This document shows, piece by piece, positions 21,661 to 27,745 of a stretch of 27,745 bases of DNA. The position numbers were made by a program, and so were the translations under genes. How positions within the stretch are numbered: the first letter of the stretch is position 1; each line of letters begins with the position of its first letter. Origin of the DNA: Octopus sinensis (taxonomy: Eukaryota); contig NW_021827548.1 of the NCBI RefSeq assembly GCF_006345805.1, positions 1 through 27,745 on the forward strand, in the 5' to 3' direction. The notes under the pieces were generated by a model. That model searched no databases. It was not told where the DNA came from and saw only the letters and a program-made list of their open reading frames with translations.

Positions 21661-22028
21661 GGCGCAGGCGTGGCTGTGTGGTAAGAAACTTGCTTCCCAG
21701 CCACATGGCTCCGGGTTCGGCTCCACTGCGTGGCACCTTGGGCAGATGCCTCGGGCCGACCAAACCCTTGTGAGTGGATTTGGTAGATGAAAACTGAAAG
21801 AAGCCCAACGTATATATTTGTATGTCTGTGTTTGCTCCCCCACCCGCTTGACAACCGATGCTGGTGTGTTTGTACGTCCCCATAACAAAGCGGTTCGGCC
21901 AAAGAGAGCGATAGAATAAGCAGTAGTCTTACAAAGTATAGGTCCTGGGGTCGATTTGTTCGACTAAAATGTGGTGCTCTAGCATGGCCGCAGTTAAATG
22001 ACTGAAACAAGTAAAAGAATAAAAGAAT
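21661..22028 (+). mobile_element. SINE family A, full length with small internal deletions
   Basis: GGCGCAGGCGTGGCTGTGTGG head, B box GGTTCGGCTCC, AAAAGAAT tail. Confidence 0.92.
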
Positions 22029-22763
22029 ACACACACACACACATATATATATATGTATGTATATGTATGTATGTGTGAATATATGAGTGTGCGTATGTTT
22101 GTGTATGTGTATTTGTGTGTCTGTATGTGTGTGTGTGTGCGTGTGCGTCTGTGTGTGTTTTGGAGTGTACCAAGTGATTTTTTTGATGAGTTTTTTTTTA
22201 TCATTATCCGTACTTTCATGTTTTTATTATTTTATCTTTTAGATTTTAAATATCAATATGAAGAGATGGTGTTTTTATAAACATTGTAAGGAGAAATGTG
22301 CCGAGAAAAAAGTTAGTAAGTAATCTTGAAATCGGAAATATTAAGAACTCGATTTTTAATGCGAATTTAAATAAATGACAAGCACACATATTCAAAATGG
22401 TGATGTAAGGAAAAAAAAATTTTTATACACACGCTAAAATATGTTTGTTTTTATTTCGGAAATCTGACATTATGGCAAAAAAAAAATTTTGATGTTTTTT
22501 CGAGGAGAAATCCCATCGACTTTTTTTATGATTTTATTGCGAATTTTTAATAAACGATAAAAAAAATATCGTTGATACACATGCTGACGGAAAATTTAAT
22601 ACCATCAGTTATACATTTAATTATATAACAGAGTTAAATTTAAGCTTTGATTAGTTCAATTCCTTTGCATTGCTTTCTATCATGTTTTGCCATCTCAGCT
22701 CTCCGAGTTTGCCGAGAACGTGAGCATATTTGATTTGGTTAATTTCATTGAAGAGGAATATTA

Positions 22764-23241
22764 TCTATATATATAAAACTGAGAATGTGTGACTATCTGT
22801 CTGTCTGTGTGGATCCCTAAAACTTGAGAACTACACAACCAATTTCATTCAAATTTTGTACATGCCTTACTTAGGGTCCATGTAGTGTCATGGGTAAAAA
22901 AAATTAACTTCTTGCCTAGGGCGAGCCCGCAGCAATATATCTTCTCCACTATGAATCCCTAAAACTTGAGAACTCCGCAACAAATTTCATTCAAGTTTTA
23001 CACATGCCTTACTTAGGGTCCATGTAGTATCATGGGCCAAAAAAATTTTTAACTTCTTGTCTAGGACGAGCCCACAGCAATATCATATCTTCTCCACTAT
23101 TTCAGTATTACGTGTTAAAAGTGAAACAAAAACATCTCTCTATTTTAATGTCAGATACTTTCACCTTAATACTGAAACTATTAAAGTCAAACTATTATAT
23201 AAGAGGGCTGAACCATTAACAGTGGGCATCCATTTTGCTAG
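22764..23241 (+). mobile_element. Helitron-like non-autonomous element with two 142-bp-period tandem core repeats
   Basis: A|TCTATATATATAAAA start, (CTGT)n, CAACCAATTTCATTCAAATTTTG motif as in Lep1-like elements, tandem units 22813-22951 and 22955-23099. CTAG at 23238-23241 is only a tentative 3' end. Confidence 0.55.
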
Positions 23242-23346
23242 AAGATCCGCTATGGTCTTATCTGCTACACCACTGGTTTTCAATACATATTAATCAAATT
23301 AATATTCAATTTCTCACCCTTATTATTTTAATTTTAAATTTACATG

Positions 23347-23351
<5 letters not shown>

Positions 23352-23397
<46 letters not shown>

Positions 23398-24157
23398 TAA
23401 TAATTGTGTACAGTGCTCAGGTGCACTACAACTCATCTAAAGTGTATATATAATCAGGTGCAGTTTCGGCGGATTTCGGAAAGCATGAGGGCCTTAAAGA
23501 ATGCAGTGTCATAGCAGTCAACAGTAAACTGACGCAGGCAGTTTATTCCATGCTTCAGCAACTCTGAGCGTGAAAAAATGTTTCCGAAAGTCATGGGAGC
23601 TGTGTTGTTTTCTGACTTTGTAGGCATGTCCACGTGTGTTAGACACATGGAGATCAAAAAGGTGTTCAGTGTTGTTGTTGGTGAGGTGGTTGATAACTTT
23701 GTGGGTATTTACCAAGTCCATCGCCAGAGGCCGGAGCTTCAGTGAATCCATGCCCAGGGAAACAAGGCGCTCAGAATATGGTAGGTGTCTGATGGAGGGT
23801 ATGCGTTTGGTTGCACGTCTCTGGACAGATTCCAGGAGGTCAATGTTCTGAGCAAGATAGGGGTTCCAAACTGATGATGCGAATTCCAAGTGTGGTCGTA
23901 CCATAGCTGTATACAGTCTTAAATAGATGGCTGGAGAGCGGCTAACAAAAGTCTTGCTGAGTGATGCCAAGATACCATCGGCCTTCTTGACAATTTTAGA
24001 GATATGCTTTGTCCAACGCAAATCACTGCTGACAGTGATGCCTAGGTCACGCTCGCAAGAGGATTTCTTGATATCAGTGTTGTGGAGGGAGTATGTGGAC
24101 GCAGGGTTTTTTCTCCCAAAATGCATGGTGGTACACTTGTCCACAGCCAGTTTCAGT
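23352..24157 (-). mobile_element. CR1-clade LINE 3' fragment with (TTA)n tail
   Basis: ORF 23518..24144 has KC..MHFG, ERDLGI, VRPHLEFASSVWNP, LESVQRRATK, YSERL..L...SL, TRGH..K, R.HFF..RV...WN.LP. 5' end lies in (TA)n. Confidence 0.95.
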
Positions 24158-24158
24158 T

Positions 24159-24160
24159 AC

Positions 24161-24232
<72 letters not shown>
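24159..24232. repeat. (TA)n microsatellite
   Basis: Direct reading. Confidence 0.97.
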
Positions 24233-24234
<2 letters not shown>

Positions 24235-24448
24235 GTGGGTTAATATAAAGAATACTTTAGTATACGAACTAAGTGATTCTGCAAATGTCGATTTTATGTG
24301 ATGTATATCATTCGATGGTTAGATACGTTAAACATTTAAATATGCCTCATGTACTATCACCGCTAATCCTCGGACAACTTTAGTACCGTTCACGCTATTA
24401 CAAATGTTCATACCAGGTTTGATATGATATGATTTTTATGGGTTACTA

Positions 24449-24527
24449 CCGTAAATCCTCGAGTATAATCCGCATTTTCCCCCAAAAATTTAAAGCTCAA
24501 AATCCCTAGTGCGTATTATACACGAGG
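24449..24527 (+). mobile_element. Tc2/pogo-like MITE terminus
   Basis: TA|CCGTAAATCCTCGAGTATAATCCGCA start plus an internal inverted copy (24457-24474 vs 24510-24527, 16/18 match); the other end was not found. Confidence 0.5.
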
Positions 24528-24683
24528 TTAAAAAGGAAATTTATTTTCTAAGCAATGTTCAAGTTTCTATTTGCTGTCCAGCAATGTTTATTCAGTATTA
24601 GTATCAGTACCCACAAGAATTTATGGTATATTGTCTACTACAATACTCTATAAAATTTATGTGAACGTGTGGTCATAAATATA

Positions 24684-24696
24684 TATATATGTGTGT

Positions 24697-24740
<44 letters not shown>
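24684..24740. repeat. (TG)n microsatellite
   Basis: Direct reading. Confidence 0.97.
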
Positions 24741-24742
<2 letters not shown>

Positions 24743-25179
24743 TTAATGGAAGATGGAAAATGCGAGAATGTTTATTGATTATTACAAATGTTTCGATCCA
24801 TCTAGTATCGCAATCCCTCACGAGTGGGATACTGAAGAGCCAACTGGTTTAGGAGTATCCGTCGGTGTAGATGTGTCTCTTCGGGTGATTACAAGATGTA
24901 CCTCGGTAAAAATTTATGTTCCGCAAGTTTTCTTTACGGTCAGTGTATAGAAAAGCAGCACATTAAGGGATAAAGCCTCACTATTACAGAAGAACAATAA
25001 AAACCAGATACATAAACGTTAGAGACATTTAAAAACTCCGCAACCAGGCTGCTAGCAAATTTATGGAGCTATCAGGAGAGAATGCACGCCATTTCGAGGT
25101 CTTTCTCTCGACGACATCATTGCGCACCAGCTCCCCTCACTGAAATGATCAACTGCTTACTAGCTCGATCAACTGGTTT

Positions 25180-25590
25180 CTAGCTTTCGCACAATATTCT
25201 TCTAGCCATTGTTCTTTATGACAAAACCTAATGGCTAGCTTTCTCCACTGTTGTCTGGATACCACTCGTGGTGGTATTTGCTCTACGATAAGTTAGGCCA
25301 AGCGACAACAAAAGTCGCTTCACATTGTGTCCAACGAATCTTCTACGTCCGGCTTCTGTTGAATAATCCTCCGCTTTCTAGCCCGCGTCTTCAAAGTCCT
25401 CGAGAAGGTCTTCATAACGCCGAGCGCCGTCCATGTTACTTTCATGAGGGAACGTTAACTCGAATAGATTTACCACTTTCTTTCACACCGTATGATGTTA
25501 TCCGGTTTCTTTGCAACTGGAATGAGAAAGAATACTTAGCACTCTGGTAAATCTGCAGCCACCTCACAATGGCTGTTCAACTTGTCATGC
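25180..25590 (-). pseudogene. Restriction-like endonuclease (RLE) domain fragment of a HERO/NeSL-type non-LTR retrotransposon
   Basis: With frame corrections: ADLP...KKPDNII...VVNLFELTFPHESNMDGAR.RYEDLLEDFEDAG*K...STEAGRRRFVG...LL.SLG...VEKASH*VLS*R, matching the PD...ELT.PWE.N...A..RK..RY..L...GW.....EVG.RGF...LG...AE.AS.WLW..R pattern. Confidence 0.75.
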
Positions 25591-26530
25591 ATATTATTCT
25601 GTCCATCTATGAAATAGGATACTAGATTAATATTAGTATTCACAAGAATTTATGGTATATTTTGTCTTTTAATCTACTAGAGACTATAAAATCTATGTGA
25701 GCACGTGTTCATGTATATGTATATATATACATATATACATATGAAAGTGTATAAAGATTTATACAGGGAGAGAAGACGCATGACGGCACGTCTAGCATGC
25801 TAAAAAGGGCATCTACACCCAAACCAGGAAAAAAAGGATTCTGAAGGCACGCCGATAATGGCACTAGAATGAAATGTATTATTATTAGTTAATCCCATAC
25901 TCGAGTTATCCTATTAATGAGCAAATGAATTTGTCATCTGTAGTTGAATTTCACTGCCCTTTTTAGTATGTTAAAAGTCCCGTCATGGGTCTTCTCTCCA
26001 TGTATAAATCTTCATACGCTCTGATTTATGAAAATAAGTTGTATGACTTTTATTAGGCATGCGAATCACTGGTAATAAATTATTCCAATTTTTTACCCTT
26101 ATAATGTACACAGTAAAATTTCTTTATTCTGAAGCTAATAGTACGCAACTTAAATTTATTACATATTAAATTATATTTATTATATATTAAATTTATATAT
26201 ATATAATAATTCCTTTTGATCCCAGTTTTATCTGTCTGTCTGCATGTATGTTTAATAGTAACTTGGTACACGTCTGTTATATGTTTTAACACACCATCAC
26301 TACTTGGATATTTGTTGCAAACGTTTTGTCCATGTTTACAGTATTAGAGCATATTATACAATATTTGGATGTACAACATTCTCTTTAGCCGCATAACAAA
26401 TGCCTCACGGCTCCACCAGAGTTTTTCCGAATGAACTACATTTCCTCCAAATCCTATTTCTTGATATCTGTACCCACTGCATTTGTCTGTGTATGACTTT
26501 CAGCGTACTAATCTAGATCTATTTTCCGAG

Positions 26531-27129
26531 GGCGGTGAACTTGTAGAATCGTTAGCACGGCGGGCGAAATGGCTAACGGTATTTCGTCTGCGTTACGTTC
26601 TGAGTTCAAATTCCGCCGAGGTCGACTTTGCCTTTCATCCTTTCGGGGTCGATAAAATTAAGTACCAGTTACGCACTGGGGTCGATGTAATCGACTTAAT
26701 ACCTATGTCTGTCCTTGTTTGTCCCCTCTGTGTTTAGCCCCTTGTGGGTAATAAAGAAATAGGTATTTCGTCTGCCGCTACGTTCTGAGTTCAAATTCCG
26801 CCGAGGTCGACTTTGCCTTTCAATCTTTCGGGTTCGATTAAATAAGTACCAGTTACACAATGGGATCGATATAATCGACTTAATCTGTTTGTCTGTCCTT
26901 GTTCATTCCCTCTGTGTTTAGCCCCTTGAGGGTAGTAAAGAAATAGATATTTCGTCTGCCGTTACGTTCTGAGTTCAAATTCCGCCGAGGTCAACTTTCG
27001 CCTTTCATCTTCTCGGGGTCGATTAAATAAGTACCAGCTACGCACTGGGATCGATGTAGTCCACTTACTCCCTTTGTCTGTCCTTGTTTGTCCTCTCTAT
27101 TTTAACCCCCTGTGGGCAATAAAGAAATA
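26531..27129 (+). mobile_element. SINE family C: one head plus three tandem 184-bp bodies inside a single 15-bp TSD
   Basis: Units 26578-26761, 26762-26945, 26946-27129. TSD TAGATCTATYTTCCG at 26514-26528 and 27134-27148. Confidence 0.93.
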
Positions 27130-27209
27130 TATATAGATCTATCTTCCGTATAAATTCATTATATCAATTCCACTATGTCTGTCTATATTCTTCCTTTTCT
27201 AATCATACA

Positions 27210-27367
27210 CGAGGGTGTGTTGAAAAATTCATGGCTTTAAAGGTATCGCGAGAAGCCTGGTTAGTGGCCCAAACCAATGAGTTCTGCGTGTGATTTTGGG
27301 AGGTGAATATGTTAGAATAAAGCCATATAATTAACTGATCTTCCAGTAACTTTTCAGCACCCCCTCG
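27210..27367. mobile_element. Mariner-type MITE
   Basis: TIRs CGAGGGTGTGTTGAAAAATT and the reverse complement of AACTTTTCAGCACCCCCTCG (17/20 match); TA at 27368-27369, CA on the left. Confidence 0.7.
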
Positions 27368-27745
27368 TACTTATTTTCCATTCAGCATTTTTTGTTGCTC
27401 TTTCACAAGCTCGTATTTATTTCCTCAACGTCTAAGCGTCCTTCTTTGTTCATTTATCGTTTAAGCTCATTTATAATTCAGCAGCTTCAAGATTGCTGTC
27501 ACTGCCATATTCAACAATATTTTCTGAAAGGGTCAAAGTTATGACAGGCGCGCGCACACACGTATGTCTGAATTAACGTGTGAACATATATCTCTATATG
27601 CATATATTTTACTTTTTAGTAGTTTTCTTGAGATCTTCCATAATAAGTCTGGTTACCTGATTTTCATGGTCTGCAAGTGGCCGATATTACCACATTCCTC
27701 CTAGACATGACAATGGTACATCGCAAAGGGCCAAGGCAGGGCAAT

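Noticed and set aside
24780-24875. CTGAAGA inside a GGATACT/AGTATCC stem, and a nearby minus-strand GAAACATTTGTA
   Set aside because: Neither has both hammerhead core halves in the correct order.
26578-27129. CRISPR-like or prokaryotic repeat array
   Set aside because: Units are contiguous 184-bp SINE bodies without unique spacers; the whole window is eukaryotic in character.
27657-27700. Possible 44-bp minus-strand micro-exon (EECGNIGHLQTMKI)
   Set aside because: Moderate splice sites, and its phase does not join the 19566 exon; insufficient evidence.

Overview
Eukaryotic, AT-rich, repeat-dominated window with no complete protein-coding gene, no rRNA or true tRNA gene and no CRISPR array. 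The SINE families and microsatellite landscape look like octopus (inference from recalled sequence, not a search). Most listed ORFs are microsatellite or SINE artefacts. Supportable content: (1) three tRNA-headed SINE families with CORE-like, V-like and Nin/Deu-like modules, including a trimer inside one TSD; (2) two 5'-truncated CR1-clade LINEs, an RTE fragment and a HERO/NeSL-type restriction-like endonuclease fragment; (3) a decayed Tc1/mariner (maT/DD37D-like) transposon, two MITE-like pieces and a Helitron-like non-autonomous element; (4) several Penelope-like remnants carrying minimal hammerhead ribozyme motifs; (5) one likely 173-bp host exon on the minus strand. Least explained structures: an 89-bp fold-back enclosing a captured RTE fragment (6916-7394), a tandem-plus-inverted unit with a mini-intron (9756-10607), and four complete or near-complete hammerhead motifs plus two half motifs.
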